From Tubulanus polymorphus (taxonomy: Eukaryota > Animalia > Nemertea): DNA of 64,000 nucleotides. The position numbers were made by a program, and so were the translations under genes. The notes beneath the pieces are model-generated. The model was not told the DNA's origin. It saw only the letters and a list, made by a program, of their open reading frames with translations, and did no database searches. Within the stretch, counting starts at the first letter, position 1; every line of letters starts with the position of its first letter. The stretch is from NCBI RefSeq assembly GCF_964204645.1, contig NC_134027.1, positions 15,532,485 through 15,596,484 of the forward strand, written 5' to 3'. Positions 1-14,337 of the stretch are shown here, in pieces.

Positions 1-1199
1 AAGTTAGGTTTTCTTTCATTATGACGTACCGTACTATCAATGATACCGCCTGTATCAATGATTGCTGATGTATACCTGTATCTATCTTTACTGTAACTAT
101 GATTGAAAATTAATGTATAAATGGAAAGGATTTTCCTTATATATTGTACACAAACAGTCCGTTCAATTACATTCTTTTCCATTGTCTGTACTGTAGACTT
201 CCTTCTCTGTGTATTAAATACAAATGTTACACTATCTACTCTACTATCTGCGGCTCTATTACATTTTTATATCAGTTCACAGGAGTCATCATTTCTCATT
301 GACCTCAAACCTCCAAGTAAGCCCGACCCTCTGCTATAACCGTCCTTTGGACGGGTACTTGGCTAGTGTATAAATAATTGAACTCATCATCCAATTATGA
401 TAAACTTTCTCAATGTTGGCCAGGAGGTGCTGCCCCTCTGTGACAAACTGGGACATTACAAGTTTTTTCAAGGTTTTTTGGACCATTTTCGCATGGCCAG
501 GTCTCATCTTTCGGGGACCCCTAAATAAAACTTTTTTCTCAGAATTATTTTTTGGAAATAGGTACGAGTTTTGAAACGAGATAACTTAAAGTATTTATCC
601 AATTCTCCACAGATATCACAGCCATTAGATTAGAGGGATGTTCCACTTGTATCTATTCATTAGAAGTTGTAAACATTATGATGTTTCCTAATATTATTTA
701 TAAATCTTCAAAATCATAAAGATTACAAATTCAAAGATGAAATAATCTTACATTAAGATATGTCTCTACAATTGGTAGAACCCGTATACCAAAAATTGGA
801 AAATCCTCCCATCTGATTATCATAAACCATGCATTCATGAGATATCCCTGTACAAAAATTTCTTCTAAAAATTGTCAAAACCAATTACCATGGCAGCTAC
901 ATTTGGTTTTTCATTTTTCCAATTGGTTTTGGTATTGCAATGTGGGCTTTAGGCCTATTATGCAAGTAATATCATCTGAAGAACAATTATCTTCACAGTA
1001 AAGGAGCCCCTTGAACTTGTGGAATCTGGAGAATGTTTATTTTAAGTATACTACAACTAAACTTGTCTTGTAGGTAGTGTTTTTTCTTTTATACCCCAAT
1101 CTCAAGGACAATGCTGCATTGACATTGCAGCCTAATCCATGATAACTCCACTGTACTTACCATGTTAACATTACAATTCTGCTAGAACATGCCCATATT

Positions 1200-3855
1200 A
1201 ACATATAATATGAATAGTTATTCTTCGAACCATAGGACTATATTGTCCTCTTGTTGAACATTCCGATCATCAGCAAAGGAGCAAGGTTTGGCAGCGATGG
1301 CTGCAGTACAATGATCGGGTGCCCAACGGTGCGGCTACACAGCTTAAACTGGTATGTAAAACATCTTTGAAGAATATACAATGTAATATTTTTTTGTCAT
1401 TGTATTACGCGATTGTACAAATGTATAAATAATGTATCTATCTTTTTCTTCAGATTGAAAATACGATAGTTAGCAGCCATTGTATTGCTCACCGTCTTGC
1501 TCTCGCAATTGCTCAAGTAGAGAAGGAAATCAATTACATTAAACGCTTTAACACAACCCTCCAAAATATTTATGAACTTCATGATAATTCGACGGTTAGA
1601 ATGGGAACATTAACTAGGGGTCCAGTGACACCATGTCCACTGTGGGCAGTGGTTTCAAATGCCCAATAATCTAACAATTTCAATATTCAATGCCTCCTGG
1701 TGGCCATATACAAAAACCAATGACCTTGAAACTCACCACAATCATAGAACATGTCATGAACTACAACTTTGCAATATATCATGGTAGCAAAATATGCCTA
1801 GGTACCGATATAATAGGGTTAAACTAAGTTATTCTACTTTTCAAAGCCCCCCTGGTGACCATATAGAATAGCTTATGTCCTTAAAACTCACTACAATCAT
1901 AGACGATGTCATGAGCTACAACTTTGCAATTTATTGTGGTAACAAAATATTCATAGGTATAAATATAAAATAGAAGTTATTGTATTATTCAACCAATGAC
2001 CTTGAAACTCACCAAAATCATAATACATCTTCATTTGAGCTACAACCTTCCAATAGATTGTTGTAACAAAATATGCTTAGATATCATTCTAAAGTCGAAA
2101 AACTTTTTCCCACCTATGGATGAGTACTGATGGCACCAAGATGGCCAACAATTGTGTCATAATTGGCTGATCAAAAGTACCAGTCTCAGGTATAAAACAT
2201 CCCTTTTCAAAGAATACCCATCACAAATTGCAATGGAAAATAGCAAACCAGTAGGAAGCTAAAGGACTCAGAATTAGGATCAAAATTGACATTTTTGGGC
2301 GCTAAGGTCATAAGACGGCAATCTTGAGTCCAATCCACCCAATTTTTCTTAAGCTGATGGGCCCTTAGGGGATTCAAATATACCAAACATCAAGGTAATT
2401 GATCAAAGCATCTTCAAAATTTCCATCAAAAAGTTCAAAAATGTGTAAAAAGTGCTGATTTTGGCGAACAACAACGGCTGCCAGTCGGTCATCTTGATTC
2501 TGACAGGGCCAGTTTTTGGGCTGAAAATGTGTCTAGGGTAGACACATGAGTAAGTCAAATATCAGGACATTACATTGAAGCATCTTCAAAACTTCCCAAA
2601 ATAAGTGGATTCCGTCTACGGACGGACGGACGGACGGACGAACAGATGGACGAAAAGTGAACGCAATGGCCCGCTGGGACTAAAGTCCCAAGCGGGCTAA
2701 AAATGATTCAGGTAGTGTTCCTCAAGATATAGGACAGTAATTGTACGTCAGATGTTAAAATTCCATTACCAGCGCAAGGGTAATATGATTAAATGTGTTT
2801 AAAAAAAATCCTCGTTTTAGGAATCTCTTGAACAGCCAGGATTATGGCAAAAAAGCAAGAACAACTTGTTGGTTGTCACATGATCAGGCATTTTCAGACT
2901 TGGCAAGGACTCTGCAGAGTGTGATCGCTAGTGGAAATTTGTGGCAACCAACAAATGAATGATATATCGCCACAATTGGCAATTCTTTCGATTTGTTTCC
3001 AGGTATTAGAGGAATATATAAATATAGTATCTGTTCATTATTATCATCATATACCTCTCCCTAGGGAGAGATGACTGATACATGGAACAGAGTTATAGGC
3101 TGGGGGTAATAATACCAAGTTTGGAGCGCATTTGAACACTCTAGTTTGGATACGTGCGCTATATAAATGTCAATTATTATAGTGTAATATTCTGCTCTGT
3201 TTCAGAAATCCTCTATCGATTTCGATTTGATACAGAGCGCAGTAACCAATAGGATCGCAGTTTTAGAAAGCCACATAATCGTCCCTGGCAGTTTCTTCAA
3301 ACAGATTTTGGATGGTTCTGTGTTAAATGAGCTCAATGAGAAATATCATCTTAAAGTGCCATTTAATGACAATGACCTACAAGATTTCAAATCCAATGTA
3401 AGCTCATAATTGAAATATATTTTAACCAAGGAGCATGAGCATAGCCATACTGCTGAATCAATGCCAATTTCCAGGTACGTGACAAATTCATCTCATTGGT
3501 GATAGAAAATATTCGCAGCAGATTTCCGGACACTGGAATTGTGGGAGCATTTAGGATGTTCGATCCTAAAAGTTTCCCTGATGCCATTGAAACCATGGAT
3601 TAACATAAAGACAATAATCTTGAGGTATTTTTTGAATTTTTTGATGTTGTTAACACTTGAATACAGTATCACAAATGAATCGGCTGGGTTTTTTTCAGAC
3701 ACTGTTAGACCACTACGCTGCGAGACTAGGTATTAACACAGATGCAGCAAGGGGTGAATGGATATCGCTGTGCCCTTTATTAAAAGGCGAAAGTAGTCTG
3801 AAGACAGCTATCTCGACCGTAATCTGTAAAATGAAAGATCTATATCCTAAGTTAA
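1200..3855 (+). pseudogene. Degenerate intron-containing hAT (ZNF862-like) transposase
   Basis: FGSDGCSTMIG..NGAATQLKL (to ~1351), then an intron, then HCIAHRLALA (~1470-1500), ENIRSRFP...FRMFDP and GEW...KDLYPKL. Interrupted by the repeat at 1612-2703 and cut at TTAA 3852-3855. Confidence 0.75.
1612..2703 (-). mobile_element. Helentron-associated (HINE/Pearl-like) element, family R1
   Basis: AACTAGGGGTCC end, ~154-bp internal tandem units, (ACGG)n microsatellite and terminal hairpin GCCCGCTGGGACT-AA-AGTCCCAAGCGGGC before an A-run. No TSD. Confidence 0.8.
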
Positions 3856-3995
3856 AGGGTAACTGACACTTTTTTTTAATTTCAAAATATGATGTATTCT
3901 ATTGATCTATACACTCATCTTCAACCATTCTGTTCAAAAATGTTTAGTTTACGCGCAATTTGTGATTTTGTAACATGATTTTTTACCTCATTTTT
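3856..3995 (+). mobile_element. Solo terminus of a related Kolobok element
   Basis: TTAA followed by the same 19-bp TIR as 42727/48360, then ~120 bp visibly similar to the reverse complement of 48220-48340. No partner end found. Confidence 0.8.
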
Positions 3996-5016
3996 GTCTC
4001 CACCAAGAAAATTTTAGAAATCAAAAGCGTTTTCCGAGCACTTAGAGTGATCTTGAACCCATGAACGACTACTATATTTTGGTAGGTAATGGCAAGTTCA
4101 AGTGGTACATTCTCATTCGATGATATTCAGCATCTCATGCATTACGGGTCGAGCCCTGAATTATTGCAGTTAAAATGCGCTGATGAATGCTCACTAAAAA
4201 TCATCACCCAGTAGTGTATAATATCTGAAGGCGTTTGCCACACAGGCGCGGCAATAGTAAGTAGGCCTATATACATTACTAAATGATATTTTTCAATACC
4301 AAAATCCACGGGAAACCGCGGATCCGCGGGGAATTCTCATCCCTGAATAGAAGAATCACTCTTAAACGTACCTCGATTTTACATGAATTGGCTCAATGCC
4401 AACTTCCTATCACCGACAAAGGTTAACCAAAAATCCTTACATGTCTCTGAGTTAAGCGAGTTATGCTGAACCATTAAGAAGGTGAGGGCTAAGGAGAAAA
4501 ACAAAATATGAATTTTTACTATCACAGAAGATTTGAAAATAGGGAGAGAGCACGCCTAATTTTTCCTGCAAGTTTTGTGGAAGGACTTCAGAAAAAATGA
4601 AAAGGAGTGAACACTGTATTTGATTGAATTCATCTGATGGTAGAAAAATGACTATTTGCAGATACAGTAGAACTGGCCGACTGTAAGTTGGACAACTCGA
4701 AGTTGGAAAATCGAAATTCCAAGGTCCCAATTTTTTCAGTTCATTTTCCTATCAAAATGTGTCTCGAAGTCTGATTCTAGAAGCCGAAAATTCAGAAAGT
4801 TGGGTAAAATATATGTTCCCAAAAGTTCCAAAACAATGCAATTCTTAATTTGTAAGTCTGGCTAATTTCAGTTATTTAAAAAAAAATTGTCACTGGCGCG
4901 CAGTGTCTATTACACATGTACACTGGTAGATCAATTTTTATGTCGACGGACACGCATGTTAAGCACACAAATTTTGGTCAGTGATAACTGACTTTTCAAC
5001 GAGAATGAAATCTTCA

Positions 5017-5912
5017 AACAAGAGCCCCAAGGGGCACTATGGCCAGCCTGTCAGCTTTTCATAAAATGGCAAATGATGCATTCCGTGGATTGAATTTGTC
5101 CAAATACACAGCCCAGACTAGTCAATCCCAGGCTAATAATTTACACAATTCAATTGTGTTTTCATAAGTTGCATAGACAGCAACTGCAGCTGGCAGGAAC
5201 AAATACCTCCGATAAATCTTTTCCTTAGTCTTATTGATTTGAATGCGGAATAGAATTGAATTTTCTGAAATTTGCTCAATAAAAACAAATTGAATTGGAT
5301 TTGCTGTTTTACCTTGTTCAATAGAGTAAAATTGAATTGGATTTGATATTTTTTTTGCAGAATAAAATTTGATTTAATTTGCAGTTTGAGCACATGGCTA
5401 ATTAGCATATCAAGGTCATCCATCCGATTTGAGAAAAAGCTATTTTTCGCAATTTTTGCACAATTGTCAATGATATTTTCTGTAGTGCAAATAAAGATAT
5501 TCCTCCCAAGAACTTAATCAACTAAAGATTTCACAGAAATCGATATTGAAATACAATTTTAGATCTTAGAATAAAACCCGGAAGTAAAACGGTAGACGAT
5601 ACCGCGGGTTCACGTGAACACCTGCTGATCTCTGCGGCTAAGCCAATCATAGAGGAGTCTTTGCTTTCTGATTGGCTTTTAAAAACAGATATTTTTGCGA
5701 TCAGAATTTCGCTAAAAAGCTCATATGAATTTTTACGAGGCCCTCTTTCAAAATTCAGCTTCATAGGGGTTGGAGAATGGATAATGCTCGAATGAATGAT
5801 TTGTATGATTAAAAGCTCAGTTGCACAGTCAATGGGCCTTAGCTCTGGAAACCATGTCATTTAAATTTGCTCCATTTGTATAGTAATAGGCTCAGCCTAC
5901 GGCTGGCCTTAA
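5017..5912 (-). mobile_element. HINE-like element, family R2 (~890 bp, complete copy)
   Basis: AACAAGAGCCCCAAGGGGC end, subterminal GGCCAGCC / GGCTGGCC, terminal hairpin AGGCTCAGCC-TAC-GGCTGGCCT before an A-run. Internal short AATTGAATT repeats. Confidence 0.72.
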
Positions 5913-6558
5913 AACAACTAAAACTATGAGTGAACCGCAAGCAGGCAAGCTTACAAATCGGTGTGGCGCGCGTTATCAATGACTGATACATACATACATA
6001 CAGTGAACATGAGACTATAAGGCAATATTGCATACACGACTGTACACGACATTCAACGTGAACACTTATCACTATGCCACGATTTACAAACTAATACAAA
6101 TAATCAGGCTCCAAAATGGTCGTTAATGCGTTAATGCGAACGTCAATAAAATTACTTCAATTAATGATGATAAAACAATTATTAGTCGTGTAAATATCAA
6201 GAACATTTATCAAACATGGCTGACCAGGCTGGTAGTGTATCACCCCAGCTCTGATTGTAAAGGATTTTGCAAGCTAATTTCCAGGTTGATTGGTATTATT
6301 TTGACATCAGCATGTAGATAAAGTTTTGGTGATCGGTCTGGTGATAAGTTTACTTTGTTACTCAAAAAAACTGTATTTTAACTGTATTTAGATCAGAAAT
6401 TGGATTGGATTTATGTGACAGCTGTCAAATTGATCACTCACTCATTTACTCGCTGCCATAACTCAATCGCTCACTCAACCTTGTGATTTTTTGTGTGACA
6501 ATCTGTGACTACACCACTGATATTTACAGTATAACACTAAAACTTTTTTGTTTCGAGA

Positions 6559-9500
6559 ATGGCTACACAAACAGCAATTACTGCCTTTACACAAGGCAAT
6601 TCGGATTCTTCGTTAAAAGATACAGTGATTCCCGAAACAGACATAACCGAAAATGTATTTAGCGATTCTATCGCGATGGACAATACTTCTAGTTAGAATA
6701 GGAGTAATAAACGACCGAGACAAACCTCATCAACTAGTCAAACCTGACTCGGATCTACTAACTAAAGATTACTTACATTCATATATGGAAGCGTTCAAAT
6801 CTAGCTTACAAGAATCGTTTAGAGAAATGTTATCTAGCGAACCAGCACAAATGCAAAGTAAACTCATCGATATGGAAAAAACTGTTCACATATATGATTC
6901 AAAATCCAAAAAACTCGAAGAAGAAAATGTAGCCATGAAGGAAGATATCTTAGAACTTAAACGGAATACTGTGGCTAATAATCAGTACTCTCGTCGCCAT
7001 AATCTTTGGATTTATGGTTCTTCTCAACCAAACGTTGCATAGGGTGAAATCTGTAGCAAAATCGTAGTGCATTAAGTCTTTTCTAAATTAAAGATACCAA
7101 AGCAAATGAAAGTATGCAAGATGATATTGAAGTAGCCCATCGCCTTTTCAATAGCAAATCTAATAAAGACAAACCACCAGGAATAATCGTTCACTTCAAA
7201 TAGAGACACTCGAGATCGTGTTTTAGCTCACCGTAGACATCTGAAAGGGAAGAATATCGTGATTCAAGAGGACCTAGCTCCTGAAATCTCAAGACTTTGT
7301 GATAATGCCTCTAAAAGTGGTAAATATGAAACTGTATTCGTATCTAATGGAAAAGTATTTGAATGGTCAGAAATCCAAATTTAAGCTCCAGATTTACATA
7401 ATATAACTTTGAATTGTCACGCTATGTATATGTGTACGTATGCGTATGTATGTGTGAATATGTATATATATATATATGTGTGTGCGTGTGTATGTATATA
7501 TCTATGTAGGTATATGTATATCACTAATATTGTAATAATTCAACTTCAAATAGTCTTTTGATATTCTATATCATAAGATTTTTTGCGATTTTCCTTTTTG
7601 ATATGTAAAGTGTAAAGTGCGCCACCATTTAAGGAAAGCTTTAACGGAAACAAATTTTCCGCAGAAAGGAATTATTTACTCAGTATATATTGTTAGCTAA
7701 GTTAGCTATTGTTGTCTCGGAGTCACTCTTGTACTATTATGCTGCTAGTAATTGACACATCGTCAACGTTTCATAAAACACTTACTACAAGTGTTTATTG
7801 TTTATTTTTCATCTAATTAATCAATTTTTCGTTCATATTCATCATCCTGTATCCATTTAAAATATAATTTTTATATATATATATCTATTTTTTTTCTCCT
7901 GTATTATGTGTCTTGGTAATCTAGATTTTTTTCGAAAATTAATTAGTCATGCGAATGATCAAGATTTATACTTAAATAGTATAATAGATGATCAATTTTC
8001 ATTCAATAATGAACGATGTCCCTATGTTTTAACTTAATGAACTTGGTAGCAAATTTAAGATTAATCCATCAAACTTAAATGTCCTACAAATCAATATTCA
8101 TAGTCTTACATGTAAATTACAAGAATTGAAAGTAATTATCGATAATTTAGCCAAGCAAATTATAGTTCTAGATACCATCATGACAGATATGACAGAAATG
8201 CTTTATCATGTAAAATCCCTGGATATGAACTTGTTGAAAACCGTAGGCTCAATACTTCTGGTGGGGGTGTTGCTATATATATTAATAATATAAATTTAAT
8301 AAATAGACCTGACCTTGATATTTTTCAGGAAGGCAAATTTGAATTATGTTTTGTCGAATTGAATTTGAATCGTTATCTAAGTAAGAAAATAATTGTTGGA
8401 GAAATTTATCGAGTTCCAGGCAATAGTGAAATTGATTTCCTAGACAATTATGAAAAAAAAAAATGAAAAAAAATCTGAAGTTATTCTTGGCATGGACCAA
8501 AATTTAGATTACATTAAGATAAATACACATAAAAATACCTCAAAATTTCCAACAATACTGCGGCCTACCAGAGTTACGCACACAACTGCAACGCTTATCG
8601 ATAATGTTTATTTATAACAGAGGTAGGAACATAAACATAGGAGTGCTATTATATTGACTCATATATCAGATCACTTACCTTGCTTTGACACTATGGACTG
8701 TAAAAAATCCCAATCATCAAAGGAAGAATATTTTTCAAGAAATTTAAATAATAGTAATATTGAAAGGATGAATAAAAATCTTTCTGACTTAGACTGGTCT
8801 CATGTAGAAAGGCTTAATTGCAATAATTGTTATGATTTCATCACAGCTAAGTTTACAGCAGTGGTAAACGACGTTTCCCCAGAATTTAAAACTAATAGGA
8901 AAAGAAAATTAATTGAACCATGGATGATAAAATCTATTCTGAAATCTTCTATGAAAGCTGATAAAATGTTTAAAAAAGTCATGAAACTAGATCAATCGGA
9001 TGAACGATACAGAAAACACAAACTCTACCGTAACCAGCTAAATTATTTAAAAAGACACCAGAAATTGAAATTTTATACTCAGAAAATAGCTACATATAGT
9101 AAAGATAGCCGAAAATTATGGTCTACCATTCCAGAATTAATTGGGAAATCCAATGACACTTCCACCACCAATATTTTTGTTATCGACGGCAAAGAAACTA
9201 GTGACAAATTTACAATTAGTAAAGGTTTCAATAAATTTTTCTCAACTATCGGTAAGAATTATGCAGAAAATGTTCCTAAATCTAAGAATGATTTCACCAA
9301 GTATCTTCCTAAAAAAATGAAAATGTTATATTTCTTTGCCCTACAAACAGTGAAGAGATATATAAAATAATTAATAACTTATCACCAAAAACAGCTGTGG
9401 CGGGGATGATAATTCAAGTAATAAGTTATTAAAACAATTCGTAATGAGCATTATTGGACCCCTCACTATTCTTTTCAATAAATCACTCCAGGAAGGCGTA

Positions 9501-10106
9501 TTTCCTGATAACATGAAAATAGCTAAAGTAACTCCCTTATTTAAAAAAGGGAACAAAAAAATATTAACAAATTATCGACCTATATCATAACTCCCTGTTT
9601 TATCTAAGGTCCTTGAAAAACTTGTCCACTCACGACTCGATAGTTTCCAAACAAAATATGGTATCCTAAATCCTAGCCAATATGGCTTTAGGCCATTGCA
9701 TTCTACAACGCATGCTATAACAGAATTTATAGGAAATCTAATTATAAATTTAGAAAAAAAAACAAATCATTGGGTCTTTTTTTAGATCTATCTAAAGCTT
9801 TTGATTCTATCAGTATTGATATTGTTAGTAAAACTAGATCATTATGGTATTAGAGGTCATGCCTACACTTGGTTTAAAAGTTATTTTAAAGATCGAAAAA
9901 TATTCACTAAATTTAATCAAACAAGTTCGAATCAGAATGATATATCGTATGGAATACCTCAAGGTTCGGTGCAAGGCCCTCTTCTTTTCCTGATTTATGT
10001 AAATGATCTGAACAACAATTTAACCTTTACACAGGCGATTTCTTTTGCGGATGACACAAACCTGTTGATTATTAACAAAGACTTTCACAAAACGAAAAAA
10101 TATTAA
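6559..10106 (+). mobile_element. Degenerate CR1/L2-group LINE (ORF1 ~6559-7380, ORF2 ~7906-10106), 3' truncated
   Basis: ORF1 with coiled coil, NNQYSRRHNLWIYG and DIEVAHRL. ORF2 with an APE domain (GGGVAIY, ISDHLP) and RT motifs (NYRPIS, QYGFR, LDLSKAFD, YGIPQGSVQGPLLFLIYVND, FADDT). Many frameshifts and stops. Confidence 0.85.
7422..7521. repeat. Compound TATG/TA/TG microsatellite between LINE ORF1 and ORF2
   Basis: Low-complexity tract seen directly. Confidence 0.8.
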
Positions 10107-10536
10107 AATAAGGCCATCCCAAAATAATTGTTTGCTGCAACACCGACTCAACTTTTCAGGATGAGTCGGTAGGTAGGTAGAAATTTTTTTTGCAAAATTT
10201 TTGGGCAAAATAAACAAATTTTTCACCTTTGGGCTTTTTTACATGAAAACAATATCGCCAAAAGTTCATCTACGTTGTGCATGGGAAATTTGTCTAATAG
10301 CGTAGATTTCAAGAATTATTCTAAAATTATAACTTCGTCCAGAGCGTCATCTCTGTGTTAACGAGAGATCCACGGATCTTAATATCTCGGGCGCAGAATG
10401 TTATCTTTGTAATGTATAGGCGCCATCTGATTGATGCATCTTTAAGGTTTTCCTTGAACACTTCGTGGATGTGTAAAATCTGCTGATTTCGGTGAACAAC
10501 ATCATCGAAATCTAATCAGCAATCATCGCGGCAATA

Positions 10537-11337
10537 CGGGATATCGACAAATTCAAGTTCTTGAATTACTCGTTTGATGGCGCTAGTCTGAACCGGAAAT
10601 TGGAACCTAAATCCGCCATGTTCTAGTTCATTTGCAATAAAGATCTCTCGCTTCAATTTTCTAGTTAGCGATATTTTACTTACTATACAACGGCACGCAT
10701 AATCCTTTGAGTATGATATCCTGACGTGTTGAATTCGATAAAACCTCACTTTGAACCCTAAAGATCACTAGAAATGTAAAAAAACTACCAAAAATAACAA
10801 ATTTAGCGATGACGCTCGAAGCAGCTAACGGAAGTAATGACTGGTGCCGGGTGTCATCACTTCATTGTTGAGTTCAAGTCTCTAAGGTAAATTTATTGCA
10901 GGCAACACTGATAAATATGAAATGATATTATGAAATAAAATTGATTTTAGAAGGACTGAACTCGTAGATTTATTTAAAAAAAATATGAAAAGTACCAGGA
11001 CTCGAACCAACAATCTTAATTGGGCCGTCAAGTGCTGCCACCATGTGATACCTGGAAACCAGCCGTTGCAAAATGTTTTTTGATAATTTTAGGACACTTA
11101 TAGTGATTTCTAGCCACTGCAGTGAGGTTTTATCATATCCAACGTAGCAGTAGGATAACATATCTCAAGGATTACGCGTGACGATATATAGTAAGTAAAA
11201 TATCGCTCATTGAAAACTTGAAGCGAGAGATTTTCATTGCAAATGAACTAGAGCACGGCGGATTTAGGTTCCAATTTCCGGTTCTGACTAGCGCCATCAA
11301 ACGAGTAATTCAAGAACTTGAATTTGTCGATATCCCG
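10537..11337. mobile_element. MITE with long (~170 bp) TIRs and TA flanks
   Basis: 10537-~10710 is the reverse complement of ~11162-11337, which explains the mirrored ORFs 10516-10749 and 11218-11400. TA on both sides. Confidence 0.8.
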
Positions 11338-12362
11338 TATACAGGAGGTTTGGGCCTATTCGATTGTGCGCGCATAATCTTCCGTGAAGTAGCGTATTGA
11401 TTGAATCTTCGGTTATTTGCATAATGAAATAGATATGGGAGACAGAATCGATACTTCGGCTGTCAAATTAAAAATAAACATATAAGACTCTCCCATGACT
11501 GGGAAATGAGAAACTAGAACCGAGCAGATTAATAGATGAGAAGATTAAAAGACCGGTTTGTCTGCGTCAATCGAATATACCCTTTTACATTGACAGCGGG
11601 AGCTCAGCCAACCACAGGGAGCAGTTATTTTACTTCAATGTAACGTTGTACATCGGCCTTCTAGCCGTTTTATGAAATAAAATGCTCCTTGAAATTTCTT
11701 TAAAAATCGCCACAAATTCGTCGATTTCTCTTAAATGAACGCGATATTCAAAATTCCATTTCCAACAGATTTTAGCTGCATGATGAAGCTACATTTCGCA
11801 CATAAACATAGTAGATTGCATGACTTCGTGTCAAAGTTATAACCTCATTTGTTAGCAAAAATTCGATTTTTGGACCCATTACAATATCTCGAGCTTCGCC
11901 CGAGATAAAAATGAAACAGTACATTGAATATGTGCGCGCTTTAATATAGTCACTATTAGAATGAATGGCAGCTTATTGGAACACTGCCAGTTTCTTGGAA
12001 AACTTAAACTAGGCCACACGTGTCAAGGCATGTTTTCACACGATGCACACTTGAATTCAAACATACGTGGCTCATAGTCGGCAGTCGGTCAGTCGGCCGT
12101 TTTTATCAAAAATAAAATTTATTTCAATGAATCCCAGAAAAAAGTTTTCACTACTCGGTACCTTTGAAGTCGGGTTATACTGAAATTTACCTCGACAGAC
12201 CTTATACTTTGCTGCTTAGTATTTTCAGGTCACAAGAAATTACAATTTATTACAAATTCTATCGAACAGAAAACACAGCGCTCATCTACTGCTATGATTA
12301 TTCAGCCTATTTTCATGTCAAACGTGCACGCGTTACAGCATCACCCTTAGTAGTGTACTGTA

Positions 12363-12368
<6 letters not shown>

Positions 12369-12395
<27 letters not shown>
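12369..12395. repeat. (TG)n microsatellite
   Basis: About 13 TG units seen directly. Confidence 0.9.
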
Positions 12396-14018
12396 TGTAG
12401 CACTCCGCGCGCATGTGGAGGCTTTGTGTTACATTCGCTTACACCTCAATGTCAATCAAAACAATCACCAGGTTTTAAAATGAAACAATACCTATGGCGG
12501 ATGAGTGAAATAATTACATCCTCACCAGCAATGAGCATTTGAGATTCAAACGTATACGGCACCGAGTCCAATGAAACGTACGCCATTCTATGGCTTCCCA
12601 TAATTATTTTAGTAGCGCCGGAATTCCCCATATATCCAAAAAACAGCCAATCCCATTCGCTCCTAGAGACGGCGCCCCCCAATCATGGTCATTGCAATTT
12701 TACACGCGAGAGCTAAGAATTTTCCCGCCAAAAACAGTTTTTCGTAGAATTTTAACTCAGTTGACCATGTCATCGACGGAGGTTCGCCATGTCTTCAATC
12801 GCATCGATTATACGTCGTTTAACCCGAGAACCAATGACACAAATGCTAACATAAAAAAACGTACCGCGATTTTACATGAATTGGCTCAATGCCAACCTCA
12901 TACTGCTGACAAAGGTAAACCAAAAATATGAAACCCATGGCTTTCAACTTTGCGCACCATAAAGAAAAACAAATTACGAAATCTTTGCTTAATCCGTTCA
13001 ATTCGCCCATGAGTAGTGAAATTACAGGCTACTGAGATTGCGTTTGAGTGTGCTAAAAATAGCTTTGAGGGAAGCGTTTAAGCATACGATTGATTATCGA
13101 TTGGCCAGACCGTTGACATAGGCTCACTAACGCTAGCCAAAATCTTAAAACAAACCAACATTTATAATGTTGGTTTGTTATGACTTCAAGAGGATTAAGC
13201 GTTGAAAATGCTGATCAAGTGTGTGTTGCTCCATGTGCATAGTGTGAACTTGGATGCTGAATGTACGCTGTGTATTGTGTATGTTAGACAATCTATCAAT
13301 GTAAATTGAAAGATTTCAAAATCCAAAATCCACTGCTATCCATAGCCAGGAATCTTTTTTTTCAATTCACTGCTATTCACAGCTTTCACTGCCTGCGCTG
13401 AATTCTGACACATGAACTCTGACAACGCACTGGGAGAAAGTACAATGTTACGCCTACATCGCTGATTTTTTCTCACAAAAGATATTTACAATGGATACAA
13501 TCATTTATTCATTTTTGATCATTTTCATGTCTTAAACTGAATTCAATAATAAATGTCGAAGGTTAATATATTCGAGAAAAGAGCTCCGAGCATACGCATG
13601 TTTGGTTTGATGCACGAGAATCTTTTAACAAAACTCATTTTACTGAATTTTCTGACTTCTCGACGATCACCAATCAAATAAGATATACTGGTCCCCATAT
13701 TTACTGGTACAGTAAAGCATATTTTACGGGGTTATGGATGAAACTTTCAATGAACCATTGAGTGCTGCCATCTTGTAAATGTTCTATTAAAAGTAAGTCA
13801 ACTCCTGAAAACGCGTAGTCACCAAAAATATGTTCTATGGATAGATTACCAATCCATGGTATTATCATCATCACAATATCACAATAACTGTTCCAAAGTT
13901 CCCTATCACATGTTAAGTTCATCACTTGTATTTCAGTTGGCTCAAAAAATACAGTTGAGCATTTCGTTACGCAGATGCAGCAGACTACCACAACAATAAA
14001 CTTAGGTCAAATTAAATG

Positions 14019-14337
14019 CTACCAGTACAGATCAAGAAGGTCATAGTCAGAGGAATCACTATCGGAATCACTGCTCATGAATATATTCCCGAGAACATCA
14101 GCTAATGCAAAATCCAATAAAAGGCTATTTTCACGATCTTCAATGAAATCCCAAAGAAAAAGTTCTTGCATAAGTTCTGTGATGCTTTCATCTCCATCAG
14201 GTTGTTGTCGCCTTCTGCGCCGTCTTCGTGGCTTAGGAGAGGCAATTTTCCCATCAGGGTATGCATGAAGGTAGAAACATTTCTCATTGAACGGACATTC
14301 GCCTTTACCTTGTTTGAAATATTTACAGCTTTTCTTA
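14019..14337 (-). CDS. MKRN1: Makorin last coding exon: C-terminal CCCH finger and acidic tail
   Basis: (S)KKSCKYFKQGKGECPFNEKCFYLHAYPDG...SDYDLLDLYW*. ttacag acceptor; frame is consistent with the preceding exons (about 425 aa encoded inside the window). Confidence 0.95.

Noticed and set aside
1-830. 3' end of a CR1-like LINE
   Set aside because: Composition is suggestive, but no convincing RT motif or match to the 6559-10106 element could be shown.
5133-5860. Recurrent short ORFs (MDDLDMLISH..., SKDSSMIGLAAEISR...) also seen at 38030 and 55801
   Set aside because: Chance translations of the non-coding R2 repeat; frames are not conserved between copies.
10516-11400. Duplicated small protein (REIFIANELEHGGFRFQFPV) on both strands
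   Set aside because: An artefact of translating the two arms of a long TIR.
10109-12150. Element starting TAAGGCCATCCC that truncates the LINE
   Set aside because: A likely insertion boundary, but no matching opposite terminus was found, so it is not delimited.
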